A DNA stretch of 38,965 nt from a virus. The position numbers were made by a program, and so were the translations under genes. Where the stretch lies: IMG/VR virus record IMGVR_UViG_3300029481_000019. One strand, given 5' to 3'. Each line of letters opens with the position of its first letter. The stretch's first letter is position 1. Below the pieces are notes generated by a model. It was not told where the DNA came from. It did no database searches and was given only the letters and a program-made list of their open reading frames with translations. Positions 23,675 through 32,006 of this stretch are shown piece after piece.

Positions 23675-24082
23675 TTAGATCTTCGTGACGACGACCGCGG
23701 TATTGTCGATCGTGACAGTCGCCGGAACGGTCGCAGTGGTGATCACAAGCGTGAGCGTCGAGGTGCTGTCGCAGCACTGGTTACGCACGATCGCCGGGAT
23801 ATTGACCGACACAATACCCGCGGCTGCCGCGGTGATGGTCTGCGTGGCGCCGGGCACGGCGACGCCGTCTTTGAACAGCGTGACGGTATATGCACCGGCG
23901 GCGGTAGGCGTGAACGTGACGCTGGCATCGACATTGAAATAGCCCTGGCCTTTAAGCAGGACGCCGTTACCCGACAGGACGGCATTGCAGCCGAAACGGC
24001 GGATAGTCGTACCGAGCGGGATATGTTTGGGTAGTGAAGCGGAGCGTACGGCCGTTGACCTACTTGAGCATATATAAGATGT
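23675..24082 (-). pseudogene. Open frame (~136 codons) encoding a Thr/Ala/Val-rich beta-sandwich-like domain (BclA/C1q-like flavour) but lacking a canonical start codon. It is a possible gene remnant or uses a non-canonical start.
   Basis: The frame is open from ~24082 to stop ~23675 (…GYFNVDASVTFTPTAAGAYTVTLFKDGVAVPGATQTITAAAAGIVSVNIPAIVRNQCCDSTSTLTLVITTATVPATVTIDNTAVVVTKI). No in-frame ATG/GTG/TTG with an RBS near the 5' end; the only in-frame GTG is at ~23857 with no RBS. Confidence 0.25.
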
Positions 24083-24104
24083 CTAGTATTAGAAAGGAAT
24101 TGAG

Positions 24105-24737
24105 ATGTCTATGTCTGAGTATTCACTTTCCGACATCGCGGCCGCTTCCGGCGAGTCCGGCTTCGGCGGCAACAATGCATGGTGGGTGATCATCCTCTTC
24201 GCGATGATTTTCGGTTGGGGCGGCAACGGCTTCGGTGGCAACCGCAATGCCGGCGAGCAACCCGTAACTGAGGCCGGTCTGTGCAACGCCATGAATTTCA
24301 ACGACCTGGCGAACCAGGTCGGGCGCGTGAACGACATGATGCAAACACAGTTCATGCAGACCAGCCAGGGCCTCGCGTCTGTCGGCTACGAGAACCTCCG
24401 CAACTTCGCGCAGACGCAGGACACCATCAAGGACGGCAACTACTCGCTGTCGTCCCAGCTCGCAAACTGCTGCTGTACCACCCAGCGCGGTATCGACTCC
24501 GTTAATTACAACGGCGCGATCAACACCGCTGCAATCCAGCAGACTGTGACCGAGCAGACGCAGAAGGTCCTCGACACCATCACCGGCAACCGCATGGCCG
24601 ACATGCAGAACCAGATCAACCAACTCCAGCTGTCCCAGGCGATGTGTGGCGTGGTACGCTACCCCAACACCTTCGCCTACAACGCCGGCCCGAGCCCGTT
24701 CTGCGGTAATGGCTGCTGCGGTACGGCAAACATCTAA
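24105..24737 (+). CDS. opposite-strand membrane protein (moron), Gly/Gln/Asn-rich with a Cys-rich C-terminus
   Basis: AAAGGA RBS 7 nt before the ATG. One TM helix (AWWVIILFAMIFGWGG) flanked by GFGGN repeats and a Q/N-rich body. C-terminal NCCCTTQRG and CGNGCCGTANI. Followed by a convergent hairpin terminator. Confidence 0.55.
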   Translation: MSMSEYSLSDIAAASGESGFGGNNAWWVIILFAMIFGWGGNGFGGNRNAGEQPVTEAGLCNAMNFNDLANQVGRVNDMMQTQFMQTSQGLASVGYENLRNFAQTQDTIKDGNYSLSSQLANCCCTTQRGIDSVNYNGAINTAAIQQTVTEQTQKVLDTITGNRMADMQNQINQLQLSQAMCGVVRYPNTFAYNAGPSPFCGNGCCGTANI

Positions 24738-24778
24738 ACGAACATTCGATCGATAAGGCATTTCCGCCTGGGCAAGAT

Positions 24779-24812
24779 AGGGGCATGGCTCAGGCCGTGC
24801 CCCTATTTCAAT
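24779..24812. terminator. Hairpin (AGGGGCATGGC...GCCGTGCCCCT) between the convergent plus moron and the minus gene 24803-25120; a bidirectional terminator candidate.
   Basis: ~11-bp stem with one G-U pair, followed by ATTTCAAT on the plus strand. It overlaps the stop of the minus gene. Confidence 0.4.
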
Positions 24813-25120
24813 AGAAAGGACAAATCATGTCGTGCAAATCTGCAATCTACACTGCCGACCCGTCTAGTACCGTGCTCACGCTGTCTACGGCTGCCGGTAC
24901 GGCTATCCTTAATTGCGTTTATATCAATACCGTGCTCACTCGCGATCTGCTCGGGACTCTTGCCCTTGTTCGCATTGATGAATTCCGCAAACTGCGGGTT
25001 GCTCTGCATCATCTGGTGCATGACTTGCTCTGGGTTTGCGTTGCGCATCATGTTGACTGCCTGCATCGCCGATTGCAGTGGGTTCGGTCTCGGTGTTCCA
25101 CCGAACAGGCTACTCGCCAT
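24803..25120 (-). CDS. hypothetical protein (MASSLFGGTPRPNPLQSAMQAVNMMRNANPEQ...)
   Basis: GGGAGG RBS. The first ~70 aa look protein-like; the last ~35 aa overlap a plus-strand ORF and the terminator, so the 3' end is less certain. Confidence 0.45.
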   Translation of the reverse strand: MASSLFGGTPRPNPLQSAMQAVNMMRNANPEQVMHQMMQSNPQFAEFINANKGKSPEQIASEHGIDINAIKDSRTGSRRQREHGTRRVGSVDCRFARHDLSFLLK

Positions 25121-25484
25121 TGTCGATCGCCTCCCTCAGATGCTTCATCGCTGCATCGAATTCATCACGTGTCACGTATTGCTGCACCTGTTCTGGCTTG
25201 TCTTCGACCGGCTGAAATGCAAAAGCACGGATGGTCGGAAAACCGGCACCATCCGTGCTTTTAACATACATGATGTCGTTATCTGCGTCGAACAGGGGCA
25301 CGACGGAATTGGGAGGCATTTGGTATGCCTTGGCCCCGTCCATGCCCGTGACACGGATCAGCTGCATTCCCTGCTGCATTCCCGGCTGCATCTGGGCGCG
25401 TTGCTGAAACTGCTGCATCTGGTCCATGGCGAATTGCTGTGGTGTGCCGACAGGTTGATACGCATTGTAGTTACCGAACATCAT
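25110..25484 (-). CDS. Gln/Met-rich hypothetical protein, 124 aa
   Basis: ORF directly downstream of the endolysin. N-terminal Q-rich low-complexity region, then a globular C-terminus. Confidence 0.5.
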   Translation of the reverse strand: MMFGNYNAYQPVGTPQQFAMDQMQQFQQRAQMQPGMQQGMQLIRVTGMDGAKAYQMPPNSVVPLFDADNDIMYVKSTDGAGFPTIRAFAFQPVEDKPEQVQQYVTRDEFDAAMKHLREAIDNGE

Positions 25485-25502
25485 GCTTTCTCCAATCCTC
25501 CA

Positions 25503-26705
25503 TCAACGGCGGGTGCCGTCTGAGATATAAGCCTGCAGGCGGTCGAGCGCGTAACCGTACATACCAGCGTAATCATCGCCGCCGTAGGTCGTGCCGTCGT
25601 CGCATACCTCATCCCAGTAGCCAGCATGCGCCACGTCCTGAGAACGATAGTAGACTTGCTTGTACTCGCCAGACGGGGTGATGTAATACATCTGGACGCC
25701 GTCGACGGTCTGACCCCACAGGCCAGCCATGCCATTTACAGAATCGTTGTAATTGGCGGCCTGCACCCAATCAAGCCAACCGCTTTCCTTGGTGTGGACG
25801 CGATAGCGCAGAGTACCACTGTCGGCCCATGCAATGAGCATGTCGTGGGAGCCGTACGGCACACCGGCAAAACCCTCACTGTTGGAGTCGTTGAAGTTGA
25901 TGACGGCACTATTCCACGCCCCGTAACGGTTATGGAGTGCATAGTGGATATTCACGCTCTTGCCCGTGGACTTAGGGAAGCTCGTGCGCGCGGCAGAAGT
26001 CGACGGCTGGTACGTACCTCCGTTTCCGTCAGTAGGTGCGATCGGCGCGATATAGCCGTTACCCATATAGGCGGCGACGTCGCGCTTGAAATCGCTCCAA
26101 GTCTTGCCGTATTTACGGAAATAACCAATCGGGTCGGTATGATCAGACCCACCCCAGATACGTGCGGCCTCGTAATGGCTGAGCAGGCGGCTGGTGTCCC
26201 AACCGTGTGCACGAAGCGTATCGCCTGCCCACTTCACAGCCTCAGTCCATTGTTTGGTGAAGTCGGTGGCATTTGTGGCGTGTGCGAGCTCGATACCGAT
26301 CGTGCACCAATTACCATTGCCGACGTGCCAGCACAAGCGGTTTTGCGGTACCGTATCGTAAACCTTGGAGCCATCAAGCTCCATGACGTCGTGCACTGCG
26401 TAGGTGTCGTCACGCGACCACAAAAGCACGTGGTTCCATGCGCTCGCACCAGGGTTAGCCGTCTCGTGGATCACGAGGTACTGCGGTGACAGCGGCCCGT
26501 GCCCGTTGCTGACGTAATTTGTGATACGCTCGTAGGCATAACTTGTTGTCGGTACTGCGAGTGCCAGTGCGATAGCAACAGTGCTGGTGGCGAGTGCCAA
26601 TCGTCGAACGATATGCACTCGCCGAGCAGGGTGAGGCTTAGGCAGACATCCAACCACATCGGCATTTGCCTTGATACCCAAATCACTCACCCTTTCCAAT
26701 AACAT
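25503..26705 (-). CDS. endolysin: N-acetylmuramoyl-L-alanine amidase (Amidase_2/PGRP type) with an N-terminal signal peptide and a C-terminal wall-binding region
   Basis: Signal-like segment RRLALATSTVAIALALAVPTTSYA. Amidase_2 hallmarks (YLVIHETANPG ... CWHVGNGNWCTIGIELAH). ~170-aa aromatic/Gly-rich C-terminal domain. Located after the holins. Confidence 0.8.
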   Translation of the reverse strand: MLLERVSDLGIKANADVVGCLPKPHPARRVHIVRRLALATSTVAIALALAVPTTSYAYERITNYVSNGHGPLSPQYLVIHETANPGASAWNHVLLWSRDDTYAVHDVMELDGSKVYDTVPQNRLCWHVGNGNWCTIGIELAHATNATDFTKQWTEAVKWAGDTLRAHGWDTSRLLSHYEAARIWGGSDHTDPIGYFRKYGKTWSDFKRDVAAYMGNGYIAPIAPTDGNGGTYQPSTSAARTSFPKSTGKSVNIHYALHNRYGAWNSAVINFNDSNSEGFAGVPYGSHDMLIAWADSGTLRYRVHTKESGWLDWVQAANYNDSVNGMAGLWGQTVDGVQMYYITPSGEYKQVYYRSQDVAHAGYWDEVCDDGTTYGGDDYAGMYGYALDRLQAYISDGTRR

Positions 26706-26714
26706 TGTCCATCA

Positions 26715-26927
26715 TTACTCACTCGTCGGTTTCGCCGTCGCGGTCGTCACACCGAGAAGTGCACCGACGAACGTACCTGTGGCAGTGATCACCGTCACTG
26801 CGATGCCAGTCGGCTCCCAATTGACGGCGGTACCGACGGTACCGACAAAAGTCGCTACTGCGGGCAAGGCAACGAGGCCGACCCACTTGAGAATATTATA
26901 TGCCTTATCGGGCAGAAGGTATTGCAT
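26715..26927 (-). CDS. holin (two predicted transmembrane helices)
   Basis: 70 aa with two hydrophobic helices and a polar C-terminus, immediately upstream of the endolysin. Confidence 0.6.
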   Translation of the reverse strand: MQYLLPDKAYNILKWVGLVALPAVATFVGTVGTAVNWEPTGIAVTVITATGTFVGALLGVTTATAKPTSE

Positions 26928-26936
26928 AATTACTCC

Positions 26937-27269
26937 TTAGTCTTGATGCGCATCCATGATTTCATTATACATGTGTGTACCCGGCCCGTTGAGCCCCAAT
27001 TCATCATGATAATGATGATATATATCATCTACTTGCTGTTTTTCAGCAGCTGAGCATGGATGCCCTTCAATGACAAATCGCCGGTGTAGATCTTCGAGTC
27101 GGTAAAATAGTAACTCACCGAGCATAGCACGATTTTGTACGCGTTCCTCGTGCTCACGACACGACAGGTTATACAATCGCCCAGTGCTGGTTTTGATTGC
27201 ATTCAGTAGCCAACCGATTATCGTACCCATAATCGTGGTCACGACAGTCATCACTATATATTCAAACAT
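26937..27269 (-). CDS. membrane protein with one N-terminal TM helix (second holin / lysis regulator candidate)
   Basis: YIVMTVVTTIMGTIIGWLL helix followed by a charged cytoplasmic domain. Sits in the lysis cassette. Confidence 0.4.
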   Translation of the reverse strand: MFEYIVMTVVTTIMGTIIGWLLNAIKTSTGRLYNLSCREHEERVQNRAMLGELLFYRLEDLHRRFVIEGHPCSAAEKQQVDDIYHHYHDELGLNGPGTHMYNEIMDAHQD

Positions 27270-27332
27270 TGAATCAATATCTCTTAAACGACAAATGTTC
27301 TCCGTACTAGTATTGACGTGATATACGGAATG

Positions 27333-28130
27333 CTAGCCGTATATCGCGGTGATTGTCTCTTTGTCGCCGGCAGCGAGCGTAAGCGCGGAGCCGAGCCCGG
27401 GTGACTGGTATGTGTTGTACCCGACCTTCTCGAATGTCACAGTCTCGCCGGACACACGTGCCGTCGTGTTGGCTGTCGTAACCGAATAGCCGTAGTTGCC
27501 GCCCATTGCGCCAGACACGACGTGCGTCCCGTCCGTCGTGGGCATAACGGCGTGCTGTCCGTGCGAGAAGACGACAATAACCACTGCACGTTTCTTGAGC
27601 CCTGGCACAGTCACCGTGCCGTTGAAAGTGATTCCCGGCCTCGCCAAGACACGGAATACAAAATCCCTGAGCGTGGCGAGCGAGGCCACGGTGTCGAAAA
27701 GTTTGACTGGCGTGCCGACGCTGATACCGTTCAACGGGATGCGCCAGAGCTTCAAGTCATTCGAGGTCGTCGCGGGGTCCGCCGCCGTCCCCGTGCTGGG
27801 CGTGCCCTTGATGACGACGGGTGTGATACTCTCGATGCCCGCGCCAGTCTTGGCATAGCGTGCCACGACCAAGTCGTTACGCTTCTGGCCCTGCATGCCA
27901 GACTGGACCGTCAGCGAGGTTGCAGCCTGGTTCCAAAATCTTTTGCCGCCGACCATACCGACACCGGTGCCGAGCGTCGCGCTGTTCGCGCTCGCCATCG
28001 TGAGCTTAAAATCGTCACCGTACTCCAGCACGCAGTTTGCTTTGCCGATAGTCGCGACGTTGAGCGCCGACAGGTCGTCCGAGCTGATGTGCTTGGTCCC
28101 CGTCATGCCATCCACGATTTCAAATGCCAT
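27333..28130 (-). CDS. tail-tip structural protein (possible receptor-binding / fibre-associated protein)
   Basis: 265-aa Gly/Thr/Ser-rich beta-type sequence between the fibre genes and the lysis cassette. Confidence 0.45.
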   Translation of the reverse strand: MAFEIVDGMTGTKHISSDDLSALNVATIGKANCVLEYGDDFKLTMASANSATLGTGVGMVGGKRFWNQAATSLTVQSGMQGQKRNDLVVARYAKTGAGIESITPVVIKGTPSTGTAADPATTSNDLKLWRIPLNGISVGTPVKLFDTVASLATLRDFVFRVLARPGITFNGTVTVPGLKKRAVVIVVFSHGQHAVMPTTDGTHVVSGAMGGNYGYSVTTANTTARVSGETVTFEKVGYNTYQSPGLGSALTLAAGDKETITAIYG

Positions 28131-28134
28131 GTTA

Positions 28135-28365
28135 CTACTCCTTCGCGTTGCTCATGAACTGCTGGAACTCGCCGTCGTGCTTGGCTGCGAGCTTCTTGTA
28201 CTCGTCCGTACACCCCTTGCACAGCAGGCGCGTGGCCCTGCTGCCGTACTGGTCGAAGCGCTCGACCTCGCGCCAGTCACCAGCCGCCGCAGCACCTTGC
28301 TGGAGGTACGCGTCCGCGCCGCATCGGTCGCAGGTGTAGTGGGTGAAATTCTCTGTCTTTGCCAT
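28135..28365 (-). CDS. small Cys4 (CxxC...CxxC) zinc-ribbon protein
   Basis: 76 aa with HYTCDRCG and CKGCTDE motifs, between the two fibre-region genes. Confidence 0.45.
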   Translation of the reverse strand: MAKTENFTHYTCDRCGADAYLQQGAAAAGDWREVERFDQYGSRATRLLCKGCTDEYKKLAAKHDGEFQQFMSNAKE

Positions 28366-28375
28366 GTTCTCTCCT

Positions 28376-29068
28376 TTACTTAGTTCTCAGCCACGTGTGC
28401 GGCCCGATACTCGGTACCCGCACCCATGTACCACTGATGTTGTTCGGGTCAAACGAGCCGTCTGTCTCCAAGTACTCGCCGACACGATGGGCCATGATCC
28501 ACGTCGCGTTCGGGTCGAGGGTATCGAGGATGTGCTGCCACGCCGTCCACGAAGAGTCCGACCCGCCGCGCCGCCACCATATGTCTGCGCCGCTCATAGC
28601 GACCTGCTTCGGGTACCCGCCGCTCTTTTCGCCCCATTGCACGAAGGTGACGAGGGTCGCATAGGTCTCGCCGCTCGAAAGCCCGATGACCTTGGTATTC
28701 TTGAACTCGACCACAGTCTCCTTCGGGTGGTTCTTCATATACCAGCTCGGCGGCTGGTTGTCGTTCCTCGTGTCCTTGATCTCGCCGCCGCTTGGCCCCT
28801 GCGGGCCCATCGGCCCTTGCGGGCCTGTCGGGCCTTTAGGCCCCTGGATGCCCTGCGGTCCTTGCGAGCCCGCGGGGCCAGTGGGGCCTGTCGGCCCCTG
28901 CTTGCCCGTTGGCCCTTGCGGTCCTGTCGCGCCCGCGTCGCCTTTCGGACCCTGCGGGCCGGTCGCGCCCGTAGCGCCTCGCGCGCCGGTGGGCCCTTGT
29001 GGTCCTGTCGCGCCAGTATCACCCTTGGGGCCCTTGATGTTACCTACAAGGTATTTAGCCATGATCAC
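28376..29068 (-). CDS. tail fibre protein with an N-terminal collagen-like (Gly-X-Y)n triple-helix region and a C-terminal globular (putative receptor-binding) domain
   Basis: About 30 consecutive GXY triplets ([22 protein letters not shown]...), then an aromatic-rich ~120-aa C-terminal domain. Confidence 0.7.
   Translation of the reverse strand: MIMAKYLVGNIKGPKGDTGATGPQGPTGARGATGATGPQGPKGDAGATGPQGPTGKQGPTGPTGPAGSQGPQGIQGPKGPTGPQGPMGPQGPSGGEIKDTRNDNQPPSWYMKNHPKETVVEFKNTKVIGLSSGETYATLVTFVQWGEKSGGYPKQVAMSGADIWWRRGGSDSSWTAWQHILDTLDPNATWIMAHRVGEYLETDGSFDPNNISGTWVRVPSIGPHTWLRTK
28750..29035. repeat. collagen-like Gly-X-Y triplet-repeat coding DNA (fibre gene)
   Basis: Recurring 9-bp GGxCCxxxx periodicity. 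Related at the DNA level to the two blocks inside the Tal gene. Confidence 0.7.
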
Positions 29069-31200
29069 TCACCTATCTCATAGTAAAGCTCGCCCGTAGA
29101 TGGGTCGTATGAGAGCGGCGGGGCTGCCGCCCCGTCTGCCACGTGCGACCAAAGGTTGCCGTCAGAATCGACCGTCAGCGAGAAGAACCCCGACAGCGGT
29201 ACGGTGACACCAGAGTCGCCACGCTCCCCCTTCTCGCCTTTCGGGCCCTGTATACCCTGCGGGCCGCGCTCGCCTTGCTCGCCCTTCACGCCCTGTGGTC
29301 CCGTTGGGCCTGTCGCGCCCTTCGCGCCGGTCGCGCCGGTCGCGCCCGCGTCGCCTTTCGGACCCTGCGGGCCGGTCGCGCCCGTGGCTCCCTTTGGACC
29401 TTGCGGCCCCGTGGAACCCGCCACTCCGGTCGCGCCGACCGGGCCCTGCGGACCCATCGGGCCCTGCTCGCCTTTGACGCCGGTCGCGCCACTCATGTCA
29501 GCGATGAGTGAGTAGCCATCCGCTGACTTCACGTACAGCTCGGCGTTGTGCGGATCCTCGACATTCGAGCTGATTATCGCGAAGCCGCCGACTGCCACAC
29601 CGTCGACCTTCCACCCAGCCTGCATTGCCTCGTAGCTGGTGTACACCTTCGAGATGGAGAAGCCCTCGCCGGTATCGCCCTTCGGGCCCTGGGCACCCTG
29701 CACACCTTGCGGGCCACGTGGGCCGGTCTCGCCCTGTATACCCTGTGGGCCGCGCTCGCCTTTCGGACCCTGCGGGCCTGTGGCGCCACGCGGCCCCTGC
29801 GGACCTGTCGCGCCGGTGTCACCCTTCTCGCCCTGCGGTCCGATTTCACCTCGCGGGCCGCGCTCACCGGTGTCACCCTTCTCGCCCTGCGGTCCGATTT
29901 CACCTCGCGGGCCGCGCTCACCCCTCGGACCCTGAATACCGGTCGCGCCACGCGGAATTCCGAGTGAGAGCGTCTTGACCAGCCCCTCGCCTGAGAGCGA
30001 CGCGGTGGCCTTAGAGCCTTCCGTGAGCGTGGACACTTCTCCCATGGCGATATCCGCCTGTGCCCACGTCTGGAGCGAGTTCGAAGCGTCTGTTACGGCC
30101 TTGTCGGCCTTGGCCTCAACGGCCTTGAGCGATTCCGCGTCGACTTCCGCACTAAACGTGTAGTTCTCGAGCTTCAGGCCCTTTCCCGCAAAGTACGCGT
30201 GCCCGCCACCTCCGTCGGCGATAGCGCTGGCCGAGTTCTTTGTCGTAGTCTCACTGCCGACCTCGTACCTGTATGTTGCCACGCCATGTGAGACCTGCAC
30301 GATCTTCTTCACCACGGTCGCGCTAACGGTCTTACCATGTGCGTTATCGCGCGCCGAGATGATGTCGCCGACGTCGACGTCGATATCGTCGTGCGCGTCG
30401 ACCTCGACGCTGCCTCTGGTCTGGTACTCCCTGAGCTTCTTGCCGCCCTCCTCCTCGAGCTTCGCCTCGTCGGCGTTGCTGTAGTCGTAGAGCGCACATA
30501 TCTCGTCGACTCCAAAGAGGCTCTGGGTGTGGCTGACGTTACCGGCCGTGTCCGCATAGAAATGGACTACGGCGCGGTTCTCGAGCTCGCCAGTACCTGC
30601 ACAGACCAGGTGATTGATACAGCGGTGAACTGAGGTCAGCGTGAAGTCCAAAAGGTCGGAATCAACCTTGTTCGCATAGTCTACAACGGGCGGCAGAGAG
30701 ATTTCAACCTTACCGCCCTTACGACGCATGACGACCTTGCGACCATTGGCCTTCGCCATGGCTTTCAAGCCGCTGTAGCCGTCCACGAATCGATCAAAGG
30801 TGTAGCTTACCGACGTATCGTCGGAAGCGGCGGAGAACAGCCCAGAAAGCCCCATGCGCTCGATGAGCGACGCGAGCACATCGCTCGCCTTGCCGCTGAC
30901 GGAGAGGTATCCACTTCCCGAATCGGGGAGCAGGCGCTTGCCTGCCAAAATACCATGCCAGGTGCGGCCCTTGCATAGAATTGACCCCGTTGCCTCCCTG
31001 CCGGCCTCATAGCTCGCCTGGTCGATAACACCACCATACTCGGTGCCGTCGATGAACACAAATTGCCCCTCTTCGGGGGTTTCGTCCGCGCGGGCCTCCA
31101 ATTTCAGTGCGTTCTCGTCGCTGCCGAAAGCTATGTCAAGCTCGAATTCCTCGATTTCGCGGATATCGCCAACAGTTGGATCATTCACCACTAAAACCAT
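29065..31200 (-). CDS. tail-associated protein Tal (distal tail / tip protein) carrying two internal collagen-like (Gly-X-Y)n blocks
   Basis: 711 aa. The N-terminal ~400 aa resembles the siphovirus Tal/gp27-like tail tip. GXY block 1 is at about aa 420-520 and block 2 at about aa 577-670, separated by a globular insert, with a C-terminal beta-rich domain. Confidence 0.7.
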   Translation of the reverse strand: MVLVVNDPTVGDIREIEEFELDIAFGSDENALKLEARADETPEEGQFVFIDGTEYGGVIDQASYEAGREATGSILCKGRTWHGILAGKRLLPDSGSGYLSVSGKASDVLASLIERMGLSGLFSAASDDTSVSYTFDRFVDGYSGLKAMAKANGRKVVMRRKGGKVEISLPPVVDYANKVDSDLLDFTLTSVHRCINHLVCAGTGELENRAVVHFYADTAGNVSHTQSLFGVDEICALYDYSNADEAKLEEEGGKKLREYQTRGSVEVDAHDDIDVDVGDIISARDNAHGKTVSATVVKKIVQVSHGVATYRYEVGSETTTKNSASAIADGGGGHAYFAGKGLKLENYTFSAEVDAESLKAVEAKADKAVTDASNSLQTWAQADIAMGEVSTLTEGSKATASLSGEGLVKTLSLGIPRGATGIQGPRGERGPRGEIGPQGEKGDTGERGPRGEIGPQGEKGDTGATGPQGPRGATGPQGPKGERGPQGIQGETGPRGPQGVQGAQGPKGDTGEGFSISKVYTSYEAMQAGWKVDGVAVGGFAIISSNVEDPHNAELYVKSADGYSLIADMSGATGVKGEQGPMGPQGPVGATGVAGSTGPQGPKGATGATGPQGPKGDAGATGATGAKGATGPTGPQGVKGEQGERGPQGIQGPKGEKGERGDSGVTVPLSGFFSLTVDSDGNLWSHVADGAAAPPLSYDPSTGELYYEIGE
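29200..29470. repeat. collagen-like Gly-X-Y repeat coding DNA (Tal block 2)
   Basis: GXY periodicity. The antisense frames give artefactual Pro/Arg/Ala-rich ORFs. Confidence 0.7.
29640..29945. repeat. collagen-like Gly-X-Y repeat coding DNA (Tal block 1), with internal near-identical ~45-bp units
   Basis: The peptide [20 protein letters not shown] is duplicated, giving DNA direct repeats. Confidence 0.7.
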
Positions 31201-32006
31201 GCGGGCTCGCCCTCTTCCTCGTACAGAGTCAAGTCGAAGCCGAAGCTATTGTCCCACGAGATTTCAGACGTGCCGACTGGCACGTGCTCAAAGATATACT
31301 CGCCAGAACCCACGCCGCTGCCTCGGTGCGCCTTGCTGAATGCGTCCATCGTGGTGCCGTCTGCGGCGACCACGGTGACGGTGCGTCGCAACGGGTCGAT
31401 ATCCATGTAACCGCCCTCGGGAACGGTCACGTCCACCTGGTATAGATTGCCGGCCAGGCGTACAGAAGGGTTGACCGCGGGCCCATACACGACAAACTTC
31501 GCGGGGCTGTCGAAGTAGCCTGGGTTGATGGCGTATTGCAGCGGTGGGGTCGCGCCTAGGTCGTACGGCAAATCATGCGGCAAGTCGAGAAACTCATAGT
31601 CCGCCGAACCCTGCACGGGCACGAACGCCGTCGTAATCCCCCTGCGCCATACGCCGTCGAGCAAAACCAAAGTGAGCTTGGTCGCGAAGAAATCGTCACC
31701 GACGCCGTCCACATTGGAAGCCACGACGAAACAACGCTGGAACCAGTCATTGACATAAATAGTGCCGGGCGTGCCCTTCTGCATGTCCGTGTCGGCACAT
31801 CGGCGGAAAGCGTCAGCCTGTGCCATGTTTGCGAGAAACGCCTTGAATGAGACCTTGCGGGCACCGCGCGAGGCCGTGGCCAGTGCGCGATACCCGATTT
31901 TGTAGTCCCATTCGCGGCTAAAGAGGTCGTTCGGCTTACCGACATATACACCAGAATTGAGCGGGATGACAGTCCCCGCATTTGACTTGTATTTGATATC
32001 AAGCAT
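31191..32006 (-). CDS. distal tail protein (Dit)
   Basis: Follows the tape measure with a small overlap (start [11 protein letters not shown]). Size ~271 aa and position fit the Dit/baseplate hub. Confidence 0.55.
   Translation of the reverse strand: MLDIKYKSNAGTVIPLNSGVYVGKPNDLFSREWDYKIGYRALATASRGARKVSFKAFLANMAQADAFRRCADTDMQKGTPGTIYVNDWFQRCFVVASNVDGVGDDFFATKLTLVLLDGVWRRGITTAFVPVQGSADYEFLDLPHDLPYDLGATPPLQYAINPGYFDSPAKFVVYGPAVNPSVRLAGNLYQVDVTVPEGGYMDIDPLRRTVTVVAADGTTMDAFSKAHRGSGVGSGEYIFEHVPVGTSEISWDNSFGFDLTLYEEEGEPAWF

Noticed and set aside
24827-25264. Plus-strand ORF starting at an RBS (TAGAAAGGA-n6-ATG) that mimics the RBS of the 24105 moron
   Set aside because: The RBS-like string is simply the reverse complement of the codons S-F-L at the C-terminus of minus gene 24803-25120. 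The ORF lies after the terminator hairpin and fully overlaps two minus-strand genes. It is kept only as a caveat that the 3' end of 24803-25120 is uncertain.
28750-29945. Regular short-period repeats that might look like a CRISPR array
   Set aside because: The period is 9 bp (Gly-X-Y codons) inside long ORFs, with no 28-37-bp repeat/spacer alternation. This is collagen-like coding sequence.
29143-29978. Pro/Arg/Ala-rich ORFs on the plus strand and in alternative minus frames across 28343-29978
   Set aside because: These are antisense and out-of-frame readings of the collagen-like GXY repeat DNA, hence PxG/RxA periodicity. They are not genes.
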